Below are positions 50,150 through 61,037 of a stretch of 64,000 nt of DNA, piece after piece. The stretch covers positions 30,909,084 to 30,973,083 of the forward strand of contig NC_058133.1 in assembly GCF_016433145.1 (NCBI RefSeq), given 5' to 3'. This DNA is from Gracilinanus agilis. Lineage: Eukaryota. Below the pieces are notes generated by a model that ran no database searches, had not been told where the DNA came from, and saw nothing but the letters and a program-made list of their open reading frames with translations. Position 1 is the first letter of the stretch, and every line of letters begins with the position of its first letter. Position numbers and translations under genes: made by a program.

Positions 50150-53100
50150 AATTATATGTGTGAAACCATGCAAAAACATATTTCCATATTAGCCATATCA
50201 CAAAACAAAGCAAAAAAATGAGAAAAATATACTTCATTTTGCATTCAGAGTTCATCAGTTCTTTCTCTGGAGTTGGAGAGCATTTTTTCATCAAGAATCC
50301 TTTGAAATTATCTTGGATCATTGCATTGATCAGAATACCCAAGTCTTTCACAGTTGGTCATCACTATGACTCTTAATGTGGACCATTATCTAATTATCTT
50401 ACATTTCTTTTCATTTCATTGTGCATCAGTTCATATAGATCTTGCCATGCATTTCTGAAATGACCTCTTATGCCACAATAGCACTCCATCACCCCCAAAA
50501 AATTCCCCTTTACTACCACAAAAGAGCTACCATAATAATGTTGCATATAAAGGTCCTTTTCTTTAAAAAAAAAAAAAAAAGAAAGAAATCTTTGAGTGTA
50601 TAGAGCTAGTAGTGGTATTTCTGGATCAAAGAAACGTGTAGTTTTATAATCTTTGTAGCATAGTTCCAAATTGTTCTCCAGAATGCTTGGATCAGTTCCC
50701 TACTCCACCAACAGTTCATTAATGTATCTCTTTTCTCTCATCCCCTCCAGCATTTCTCATTTTTAATAGGTATGAGATAGTACCTCAGCATCATTTAATT
50801 TGTCTTTCTCTAATTAATTGTGATATAGAGCATTTTTTCATATGACTAGAAGATTTCTTCTTCAGAAAACTGTCTGTTCCTATCCTTTACCCATCTATCG
50901 ATTTGGAAATGACTCTTATTTTTATAAATTTGACCCAGGTTTCTATATATTTGAGAAATTAGGTCTTAATTAGAGAAACAATGTATTTTTATATTATTTT
51001 ATTTTCTATGGTATCTTTTAGCAAAATGTGGTTCCCCTGTCTATCTCTTTTAATTAGGTTTTTATTTGCTATTGCTTTGCCTGTGGTCATGTTTGCTACC
51101 TCTACATTTTTAACTTCAGCTAAAGCATAATAGATTCTGTTCCAGCCTTTTAACTTAACTCTGTGTGTCTTTCTGTTTCAAGTATGTCTCTTGTATACAA
51201 TATATTGCTGAAATCTGATTTCTAATCCATTCGGCAATCTACTTCTGTTTTATAAGTGAGCTCATCCTATTCACAGCTGGGATTACCAACTGTATATTTC
51301 CCTCCATCTTCTTCTTCTGTTTATCTTTCTCTCTATATTTTTATCCTGTCCCTTCTCAAAAGTCCATCTTGCTTCTGACTACTGCCTCCCTTAAAATGCC
51401 CTTCCTTTTATCATGGCACATTCCCATCTCTTATTCTCTTCCCCTGCTATTTTCATGCTGAGTAAGATAGATTTCTATACCCAACTGAGGGTATATATAT
51501 ATATATATNNNNNNNNNNNNNNNNNNNNNNNNNNNNNNNNNNNNNNNNNNNNNNNNNNNNNNNNNNNNNNNNNNNNNNNNNNNNNNNNNNNNNNNNNNNN
51601 NNNNNNNNNNNNNNNNNNNNNNNNNNNNNNNNNNNNNNNNNNNNNNNNNNNNNNNNNNNNNNNNNNNNNNNNNNNNNNNNNNNNNNNNNNNNNNNNNNNN
51701 NNNNNNNNNNNNNNNNNNNNNNNNNNNNNNNNNNNNNNNNNNNNNNNNNNNNNNNNNNNNNNNNNNNNNNNNNNNNNNNNNNNNNNNNNNNNNNNNNNNN
51801 NNNNNNNNNNNNNNNNNNNNNNNNNNNNNNNNNNNNNNNNNNNNNNNNNNNNNNNNNNNNNNNNNNNNNNNNNNGGGTATATATATATATATATTTTTCC
51901 CCTCTGTGAACAAATTCTGAAAGAGTGAGATTCTAGCATTGCCTGCCATGCCCACACACACACATCTTCCCCTCCACTATAAAAACTCTTCTTTGCACAC
52001 ATTCTTTATGTGAAAAAAATTTTCCCCATTTTACCTCTCCCTTCCCCCTTCTCCCAGTGCATCCCTCTTTTCCATCTATATATAATATATATATGTGTGT
52101 TTATATATGTATATACATACATACATCTATATGAGATCATTCCAACTTAATCAACTCATACCTCTATTTATATAGACTCCTAACTGCCCTAATATGATAA
52201 ATTTCTTAGTAGTTGCCTATATCATCTTCCGATATTAGAATGTAAACAGTTTAATTTTGTTGATTCCTTTATGCTTACTTTTTCATGTTTACTGTTTTAA
52301 GCGGGTCTTGGGTTTGAATGTCAGGTTTTCTATTTGGCTCTGTTCATTTCATCAGGAATATTTGAAAGCCCTTTGTTTCATTATTTTTTTCTCTGAAGGA
52401 TTATACTCAGTCTTGCTGGGTAGATTATTCTTGGTTGTTATTCTATAACCTTTCTTTTCTGGATTATCATATTCCAAGCACTCTATTCCTTTAACATGGA
52501 AGCTGCTAAATCTTTTGTGATTCTGACTGTGGTTCCATGACATTTGAACTGTTTCTTTTTGGCTGCTAGAAATATTTTCTCCTTGACCTGGTAGTTCTGG
52601 AAATTGATTATAATATTCCTGCAAGTCATCCTTTGGGGATGTCTTTCAGGAGGTGACCAGTGCATTCTTTCAACTTCTATTTTACCATCTGGGTCTAAGA
52701 TATCAGGGAAATTTTCCTTTATAATATCTTGAAAGATGATGTTGGGGCTCTTTTTTATCATGGCTTTCAGGTAATCCAATATTCTTAAATTATCACTTCT
52801 TGATTTATTTTCCAGATCAGATGTTTTGGGACTTCCAGGTTAAGAAGGCTGCAGAGTAGAAGCAGGGCATTTTACTTTCCAGATCAGATGTTTTTCTGAT
52901 GAGACATTTTACATTTTTTTCTATTTTTCTATTTTTTTATTCTTTTTATTTGTTTTATTGCTTCTTGAAATCATATGGAGTCATTAACTTCCATTTGCCC
53001 AATTCTGAGTTTTAGAAAATTATTTTCTTCAGTCAACTTTTATACCTCTTTTTCTATTTATTCAATTCTGCTTCTTAGAAGTTCTTTTTCTCAGTGAATT

Positions 53101-54145
53101 TTTTGCCTCTTTTATAATTAGACCAATTCTAATTTTAAGCTATTATTTTCTTCAGGTTTTCTGTGCCTCTTTTACCAAGTTGATAATTCTCTTTTCATAA
53201 TTTCCTTGTATCACTCTCTTTTCCCAATTTTTCCTCTACCATTCTTATCTCTTTCTTTAACTCTTCTGAGAATTCTTGTTGGGATTAGATACAATTAACA
53301 TTTTTCTTTGAGGTTTTACTTATAACTTTCCTACATAGTTGTCTTCTTTTGAGTTTTTGTCTTGGTCTTCCCTGCCATCTTAGTAACTTTTTTATGGGCA
53401 AGTTCTTTTTTATAGTTTACTTATTTTCCAAGATTATTTCTTCACTATGAATTTTATGTTAAAGTTGGGCTCTGCTCAACTGAGGGTGGGCAGTCAGTGT
53501 TCCAAGCTTTAAGCTTTTTTTGTGCAGCTATTTTTAAAACTAATTCAGGAGGATTTATAAATTTTTGGTAATTCCAAGGTGGTATGATCCTGGGAGAGAT
53601 GTGGTCACTGCTCTCTTGATTTGCATTGTAGTCTTTAGCCAGGAAAAACCCCTGCAAAGCTGCAAGTGCTAGCACTCCTCTCTACTCTGAGACTGTGACC
53701 AGGGCCTCTGCTCCCTTGTGACCTATCACCAAGTCCTTCTCTCCACCCTAGACCTGCCACCCGGAATTGCTTATGGGCAATAGAGTTGCCAATAAGCTCT
53801 GGTTGTACACAAGGCCAATAAAGGATCCCTGTAATCTCTGCCAAGTTGTCTGATACCCTTATCATTTCTAATCTGAAAGCTCCCAAAATTCCTTCTGCTG
53901 TTGTCACCACTGCCTCAAAGACCACTGCTGGTGATTCTATCCCATTCAGGTCCTACATTCTCCCTGGGGTTACAGATTCCTCTGCAGACCTTTTAAATTT
54001 TCTTTGTCTATATAAATGTTTCCCTCTGACCATTTGTTGACTCTGCTGCTCCAAAATCTGATTTCAGACATTATTCTAAAGTTTTTGCAGGGAGAATATT
54101 GGGAGAGTTCAGCGGGGTCCTGGCCAGTACTCTGCCATTTTGTCT
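50150..54145 (-). mobile_element. L1-derived element: 5'UTR, ORF1, endonuclease stub, then ORF2 C-terminus and 3'UTR, with most of ORF2 absent
   Basis: ORF1 remnant IIKENFPDILDPDGKIEVERMHWSPPERHPQ...KEKIFLAAKKKQFKCHGTTVRITKDLAAS (52483-52779). The EN start lies at about 51300-51050 and abuts the ORF2 C-terminal region (about 50960-50400, FDPEIPLLALY). Confidence 0.85.
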
Positions 54146-55977
54146 TTCTCTCAAACCTATCTAATTCTTTAAGGGAAAAAAGTTACCTTCTGTCTTAGAC
54201 TCAATATTAAGCATTGGTTCCAAGGCAGAAGAGTGGTAAGCCCTAGGCAATTGGGGTTAAGTGAGTTGTCCAGGGTCATACAGCTAGGAAGTGATTGAAT
54301 TCAGATTTGAACCCAGGACCTTCCATCTCCAGAAATGACTCTCAATCTACTGAGCTACCTACCTGCCCCAAACCCATCCTATCCTTGCCTACATGAGGAC
54401 TGAAGGATTGAGACTTTTACTTGGGTTATAACATCTTAGAGGACCACCTGGAACCATCCCAGGCATGGTCTTAGATGAATGTAAACCGATGAGTCTATAT
54501 TTAGATTACATATGAAATCTTACATTCAGTTTTGAGTCTCACATTTAAGGAAGGACAATGATGAACTGGAGCATACCCAAGGAGGAAAATAATAATATTA
54601 ATAATAATAGCTACCTTTTACATAGTGCCTACTGTATCCTAGGAACTAGACTAGCACTTTACAAATATTATCTCATTAGATCCTCACAACAACCCTTTTA
54701 TGACTCCCATTTTATAGCTAAAGAAATGGAGGCAAACAAGTCAAGTGACTTGCCCATGGTCACACAGCTAATAAATGTCTGAGGGTGAATTAGAATCCAA
54801 GTCTTCTGGACTTTAGGCATAGAACTCTCTCTGCTGTGCCCAGAATGATTCAGAAGGAGAGAGAATTGAAGACCATACCAAATGTGGATTAAGGAAATGG
54901 GGATAATCTAATCAGCCAAAGGGAGAGAAGACTTGGGGTAGAACATGATAACTGTCTTCAAGTAATTAAAAGGATGCCATGTGGAAAAGAGTTTAGACTG
55001 CTTCTGCTTGGTCTCATGCAGTAAAACAGAGTCAGAATTAAAAATTGCAGGAGGAAAAAAAAGTCAATTCTGCATAAGAAAAACTAAAAGCAATTCAAAT
55101 TGTCCCAATGCATGATATGGTGGTGAGGCTCCTGTCACTGGTCATCTTCAAGCCGTAGGCTGCTCTCTCCTTGTCAGGGATGTTAAAGCAGAGGGACTTC
55201 CTGGTCAGTTAAAGGTCAGACTAGCTGCCCCTGAGCTCTCTGCCAGTTCAGATGTTCTACGAGTCTGAGTTTCTACTGGAGGCATTTCTTTCTTGAGAAG
55301 GAGGGAACAAGAGTGGGGAGAAGACAACGCTTCACAGACAAGACCAAGACAGACATCAGCCACCCTGTACTAAGGAGTTGGCAAAAGGGTGGCCTGAGTA
55401 GATGGAGGAATGTAGAATCAGCACCTGTGAGCAGGATCCTCTGCCCAAATGAGGAACGACTCAGTGCCAGCCTTCTCCAGTGATTTCTAATGGATGACCA
55501 GGGTCTGTGCCAAGGAGCCTGCAGGGTTAGCAAAGTGACCTTGACTTCCTCCACATCCCCCCACTCCTAAAGTGGGGTATCCACACTCTTATGCCTGGAT
55601 GCCAAGTCTGGGGCTTTCAAACATGCTGGGAGGAAGGAGGTGGCATCTCAGGCAATTGTCTCCTCAGAAATGTTCCCTTGGCTCTCCCTGAAGTGCCAAC
55701 ATGTCATCGCAGACTCACCCTTCTGATAAACTGGTCCTCCACTGCAGGGAAGGGACTGTATGAGAGGAAGGCCTATGGAGTGGACAGAGCTCTCAACCTG
55801 GGATCCAGAGACCTGGGTTTGAATCCCAGCTCTGCTATTTACTGACTCTTAGACCCTGTCTCATTCATCTAAGCATAAAACGGAAACTATGTTGTATTGT
55901 ACAAACTAATTCGCAGATGTTGGGAATATTTTCTTAAGCTAACCAAATACAAGGCTGCAGCGATGATAAGAGTAGTG

Positions 55978-56073
55978 GATGTGTGACCCTGGGCAAGTCA
56001 CTTGACCCCCATTGCCCACCCTTACCACTCTTCCACCAAGGAGCCAATACACAGAAGTTAAGGGTTAAAAACA
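55978..56073 (+). mobile_element. 3' half of a young SINE1_Mdo-type SINE abutting the RFK retrocopy
   Basis: TGTGTGACCCTGGGCAAGTCACTTGACCCCCATTGCCCACCC...GAAGTTAAGGGTTAAAAACAAAA. Confidence 0.92.
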
Positions 56074-56077
56074 AAAG

Positions 56078-56296
56078 ATTCCTATAGCATGGCTTCCATC
56101 CTTTGCTTAAAACCATCTTATGGACACTTCCATTTCCAACAGAGGCCCAACCATAGTAAATTCCAGCAGCTGAATCATTTGGAAGATTATCAACAACTTG
56201 CTCAGGAAAGTTAGCGGCGGGGATGGCCAGCTGCTCGGAGCCCCGGCCGAAGCCCCTCACCACCTCCCCCCGGCAAAAATAAGGCAGGCGCTTCAT
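56078..56296 (-). pseudogene. RFK: Processed, 3'-truncated riboflavin kinase pseudogene (codons 1-73)
   Basis: [73 protein letters not shown] matches the mammalian RFK N-terminus ([39 protein letters not shown]...). No intron; PTAN is changed to PAAN and GWNP to GWKP; the C-terminal half is missing. Confidence 0.93.
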
Positions 56297-57602
56297 TGCG
56301 CTGCTGGCTCCGGGCATGGGAGGTGGCCAGGCTGAGAGTCCAAGGGGGCGGCCGCTGCGATCAGGGCATCTGACTGCCAAAGGTTCTCAGAATGCTTCCT
56401 TTAGTTCTCCGGGGCATCTCAGTCCAGCAGCGTCGTTTGGAAGTCCGTAGTATTACACGAATCCCTCACCACTAGAGTGACATCTATTTGCATGTTCGGT
56501 AAATGACTTAGAGCTAAGCCAGCTCGTTTTGACATTTATACATATATTTCCGTCATAAAAAGACTTAAGACCCCCTTGTGCTCTCTGCTTTTGCTGTGGT
56601 GTTTTAGGAAGCCTCTGTAGAGTTCAACATATTTTTAAAAATCTTGATTTTTAAATGAACTTTTTTCATCCTGCTGCAGGATGGGTTTAATTAGATCAAC
56701 TTTGGTTTTGAAGGAAGGGAAAGGGACGTCTGTTCTAACAACCTATGGGCAAGTCTCTGGCCAGGGAAGGAACTTATCTACACTAAGCTAAAGGCTATAT
56801 CAAGGCACAGCTGGACTATCAGGGATGGAAGTGGGATCCTCACGGCTGAGTCCCGTCCAAGTCCAGCGATGGTCCAGCTCTCCCAGGTCCTCAGCCAGTA
56901 ATCCTTGAGATGGGGAAGATGACCAACAGCCCAGGGCAGGGTTGACACTCTCCACCTAACCTCCCACAGGCAGATGATTCTTCCTTCAGGATCCCAGGAT
57001 ACAAACTCGTCTTCCCCTGAGGTCTCCCACTGCGTCAGTTGGTCAGCAGCAACTTGCACTCAGCCAACATGGAGTCCATCCCAGGAGAGAGAGCCACTTC
57101 CTGCTTCCCCGTTCCATTTAGAATTCTCCAGCCTTGCTTGATAAGCCTCCTCATAATACCTAATCTTAAACATTTACACCTTACTTTATTAATTTGTCTA
57201 CAACAACCCAACATGAGTCAATTCTCTTTTCTGAGTCTCTTTCACCATCTATAAAGTGAGAGGAAGAGTTTCATTTTCACGTTGGCCTCTCTAGCACCTG
57301 GCACGGTGTCTGGCCCACAGTAAGTGCTTGATAAATTTTTTCCATTGATTACTGCAATACAAAATGATCGAATGTGCCGTGAAATATTTCTTGTTGCCGT
57401 TGGTCACATAGGAAAACCAACTCCAAAAACATCTTTATTCACCTCTCCAAGAACAACCTATGAATCATGTATCCTTCCAAGTTCCTTCTGTCTTCTGAGC
57501 TCAACAATAGCAAAAAGGTCAGAATGATAGGATTCAGTTCCACCAACCATGCATCTACTCACTGGTCATTGGACAAAGACCTTACATTCGGAGGAACTAG
57601 GT

Positions 57603-57780
57603 CTGTGATGGTGAACCTTTTAGAGACTGAATGTCACATGCAAGTCCCCCACTTTACCCCACACAGGGGAGGGAGGAAGTGCTCCCATTGGGCTGCTGGG
57701 CAGAGGGGCGGGTGATGTGAGAAATGTCCTCAGGCTTGTGTAGAGAGTGGGGAGCAACCCCTTCTGGCACTCGTGCCAAT
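57603..57780 (+). mobile_element. hAT-type MITE remnant (CAGTGATGGCGAACCT TIR class)
   Basis: Starts CTGTGATGGTGAACCTTTTAGAGAC, with a GC-rich body ending GGCACTCGTGCC; the right TIR and TSD are not evident. Confidence 0.65.
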
Positions 57781-59448
57781 AAGGACCCAAGTTAAAGTTT
57801 GTGAAGGATTTAAAAAGTGGATAATTCTTAGCCTCCTCAGCCCTCCTTTCTACCATACTGCCACGGCCACTGCACAAGACCAAGGACCATTTTGTATTTT
57901 GCTTTGTTCCATGATTTCCATGGCCAAGGAATCCATTCCCAAGTAACTACCTCTGGGTACTGAGTGGCTCTAAAAGTTATCCGGGTTGATCCCCAGGAAG
58001 TAGACACAAGCTATTACAGGAATCCTAACCAAAGCCATTCTGGCATGATAAAACCTGCAATCTGCTGGCAGAACCTTGAAGAACCCAGAATCAGCATCCC
58101 AGCACAGTGAGACTTCAGAAGAGGGCTCGGTAGAGTAAATATTAATATATGTCACTATCAGATTTCATATCATTAAATCTGATCTGATAATCCAGTCAGT
58201 CAAAATGGTTTTAGGTTTAGACTTTCATGAAAAGGATATTTCAGGGAATATCAACATAAAAGATACCCATTTTTAAAATGGGCTAATAATCCAGATAGGG
58301 GAATAACTAAACAAATTATGTCACATTCGTGCACTGTCATATTACTACACCGTGTGAAAAATTCAGAGAAGTAATGGAAGACTTACATGAACTGATGCAG
58401 AATGAAGTAGGTAGAATCAGGAAAGCAGCAGACAAAATGATGACAGCATTGTAGCTAGAAACAAGAAAGCAAGGGCTGTATAATTGTGAAGACCAAGCAT
58501 GGCCCAAGCAGAGTTGAGAAGATATAATTTTCTTCCCCTTTTTTGTAGAGACGAGGGACTGTCGATTTTAAATATTACCTTAGTTATCATACTCAGCTGT
58601 TATATTAGTTGTGCTGAACTGCTTTTTTTTCTTTTCTTTTGCTGATCCATAGGATGGCTCGCTGAGTGAGGGAGGAGGGAGGCGTGATGTAAAAAGAAGT
58701 GATATTCGTAAAAAAAAAAGGTGGCTTTTTATAAGAAGAAAGAGAAAAAAATAGAAACTGAGAGAACTGAACCTAATCGTTCCTGCCTCCCTTCTGGTGA
58801 TGGTCACATGGCATAAAACATCTGGCTGAAAAGTTAAGCTCTTCAGTTAGGTTCTGGATGATGTCTGCATCCAAGTACCTGGTACTAATGCTCAGAGAGA
58901 AAACAGGTAGACTCAGAGAAGACGCTGAGATGGGAACAACTAGCCAGTCCTGGTCCTTCCGCCATGACAGTCCAGTCGGCTCCAGCCTTGGTCAGTGAAG
59001 GGTCCAGATGAGCGTTCTCTCTTGGGGGCAGCCTGGCTGGTGGTGGGTGTCCCCAGCCACCCACAGCTGTGGGGCTGCAGGCTTCCTCTGGGGAAGGGAC
59101 TTTATCTGTGCTTTCCATATTTCTTCTGGTTTGCCCAAGTCTTGGTTTGGAGAGAAGGGTTTTCCGTTCCTGATCTTATCTCCAGGCTGCTTCTCATTAG
59201 GGAGCGATTAGTGCTAATCCATTTGCATAAGCACACAGGGCCTCATTGAACTGAAACTATGGAGGGAGGCCAGGTCCCCGCTCCCTCCATCATCCCCTCC
59301 CCCTCCTGTAGCCCCCGAGTAGCTCCCAAAACAGCTAAGCCATAAAAATGCCATTTAAATAACTCAGTTCCAATAGGTTGGCCTCATCAAGAGTCATCAG
59401 CCTTGGGACAAGCTTCTCTTAAGAAACTCAGGTCCAAACGGTCTTTAT

Positions 59449-59610
59449 CCTGGATGTGACCCATTGGATCTTCCTGGAAGGGCTGGAGGGCTACAACCAG
59501 AATGGCCAAAGACCTCCAAGTTATATCCATAGAGATGGAAGAGTATGGGAAAAGACTGGGGATGGCTCCTGCGCTTGGAGACACTTGAGGGCCATTTTAA
59601 AGCTCCTCAC
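59449..59610 (+). mobile_element. L3/CR1 fragment
   Basis: GGAGGGCTACAACCAGAATGGCCAAAG...ACTGGGGATG resembles the L3 segment ...RRATRMVKGL...ELGMF. Confidence 0.55.
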
Positions 59611-60199
59611 AGCCAAGCTTTGGTGGCTTCCCCTATTAGAACTCTATGTTCTAACAAACTCGTCTACTTGTTATTTCTCCTCATTTCCCACCTCCCAGCC
59701 TTTGCAGCAACCATCTCCAACTCCTAGAAGGCTCCCTTGTTCCTCTTAGAATCTCTAGTTCCCTTTAAGGTTCAGCTCCAGAATCATCTCCTCCTACACC
59801 AAGTATATCCTGCCCTCCCACCAAATGTTAGCAATTTCACATTCTATACCCCCCCAAAAAAAACCCCTTTATATTTATCTTTTTAAAAGCAAAAACAAAA
59901 TCATTTTCTATGTACAAGTTGCAGCCCCTGCTGCCAGGAGAATGGAAGCTCCTTAAGGGCAGGGATCTGGGGTTATCTGCCTTCTCTTCTGAATTCCTGG
60001 GAGACGAGGCCATCGCCACATTCAGGCTGAAGGAAGCATCAGAGAAAAATTCAAATCAGGTCCTTGTTGTCAGGGTCTTGAATAAGGAAAATAAACAGGG
60101 GAGAGAGATGTAGAAAGGTGGAGGGAGAAATGAGAGAAGGGGGACAGCATGAGGTCCAGCAGGTCCCTCCTGCACAGGGAGGTGAAGAATGGAGCTGTA

Positions 60200-60530
60200 A
60201 GAAATACCCCAAAGTGTTTGACTCTCCCCGCAGGATCATGAGCTTCCCAGTGGGGAAACTCTCCCAAGACTGGTTGGCTATCCGCTGGGTCTCCCTCATG
60301 GCCTCTCTGATCCATCTTCCTCATGGCAGCTCTTCAAAGACTGGAAGGCATCACTCTGAGCCTTCTCTTCTCCAGGGTAACCCTCCCACTCCTTTTATTT
60401 GATTCTCATGAGGTCTCACTTGGGGGTCTTTGGCCATCCTGGTTGCAGCCCTCCAGGCCTTCCAGGAGGATCCAACGGGTCATATCCAGGGCTGAGGGTA
60501 TGGCCTGACCAGGGCTGAGTAGAGGACCTG
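60200..60530 (-). mobile_element. L3/CR1 fragment, inverted relative to 59449-59610
   Basis: Reverse complement reads CTCTACTCAGCCCTGGTCAGGCCA...CAACCAGGATGGCCAAAG...CCTGGAGAAGAGAAGGCTCAG...TTTGAAGAGCTGCCATG. Confidence 0.75.
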
Positions 60531-61000
60531 CCTGAGTCCTGGCAGCTGGCTCTCCCTTCGTGCAAGCCAAGATCTCGTGAGTTTTCTTGGCTTCCCCATC
60601 ACTCTACTGACCCCCAAGGGCTTCCTGTCCCCTCAATCCCCCTTTCTTCTCAAGGCAAATGCTTCCTGACTGTGGCTCCCTCTCCTTGTACCCACTAAGC
60701 AGATTCACTTAGAACCTAAGGAGAAGTCACCATAGTCATTCCTTTCTGGATCTCCCTGGGCCTAATAAGAAGAAGTGATCATTGATAGCATTGGAAAGTT
60801 TGCAGAGCGCTTCTCATTTGTTATCTCGCTTGGGCCTGACTCCAGGCAAGTCATTTAATGGCATTTGCCTCAGTTTCCTCCTCTGTAAAATGAGCTAAAG
60901 AAGGAAATGGCAAACTACTCGGGTATCTGTACCAAGAAAACCCCAAATGGGGTCACTTTTGAGGCCGGCAAGGACAGACCAAGCACAGAAACAGCCCGGG

Positions 61001-61037
61001 GAGGCAGGGGTTCCAGGGGGAGGCAGGGGTTCCAGGG
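61001..61037 (+). repeat. 18-bp G-rich direct repeat, two copies
   Basis: GAGGCAGGGGTTCCAGGG at 61001-61018 and 61020-61037. Confidence 0.9.

Noticed and set aside
56778-57059. Minus-strand ORF or possible terminal exon (LLAEDLGELDHRW...) near the RFK retrocopy
   Set aside because: It is not RFK-related, the acceptor is weak, and there is no recognisable homology.
58156-58185. 9-bp perfect hairpin ATCAGATTT-N9-AAATCTGAT
   Set aside because: It is too short and AT-rich to exceed chance in 64 kb.
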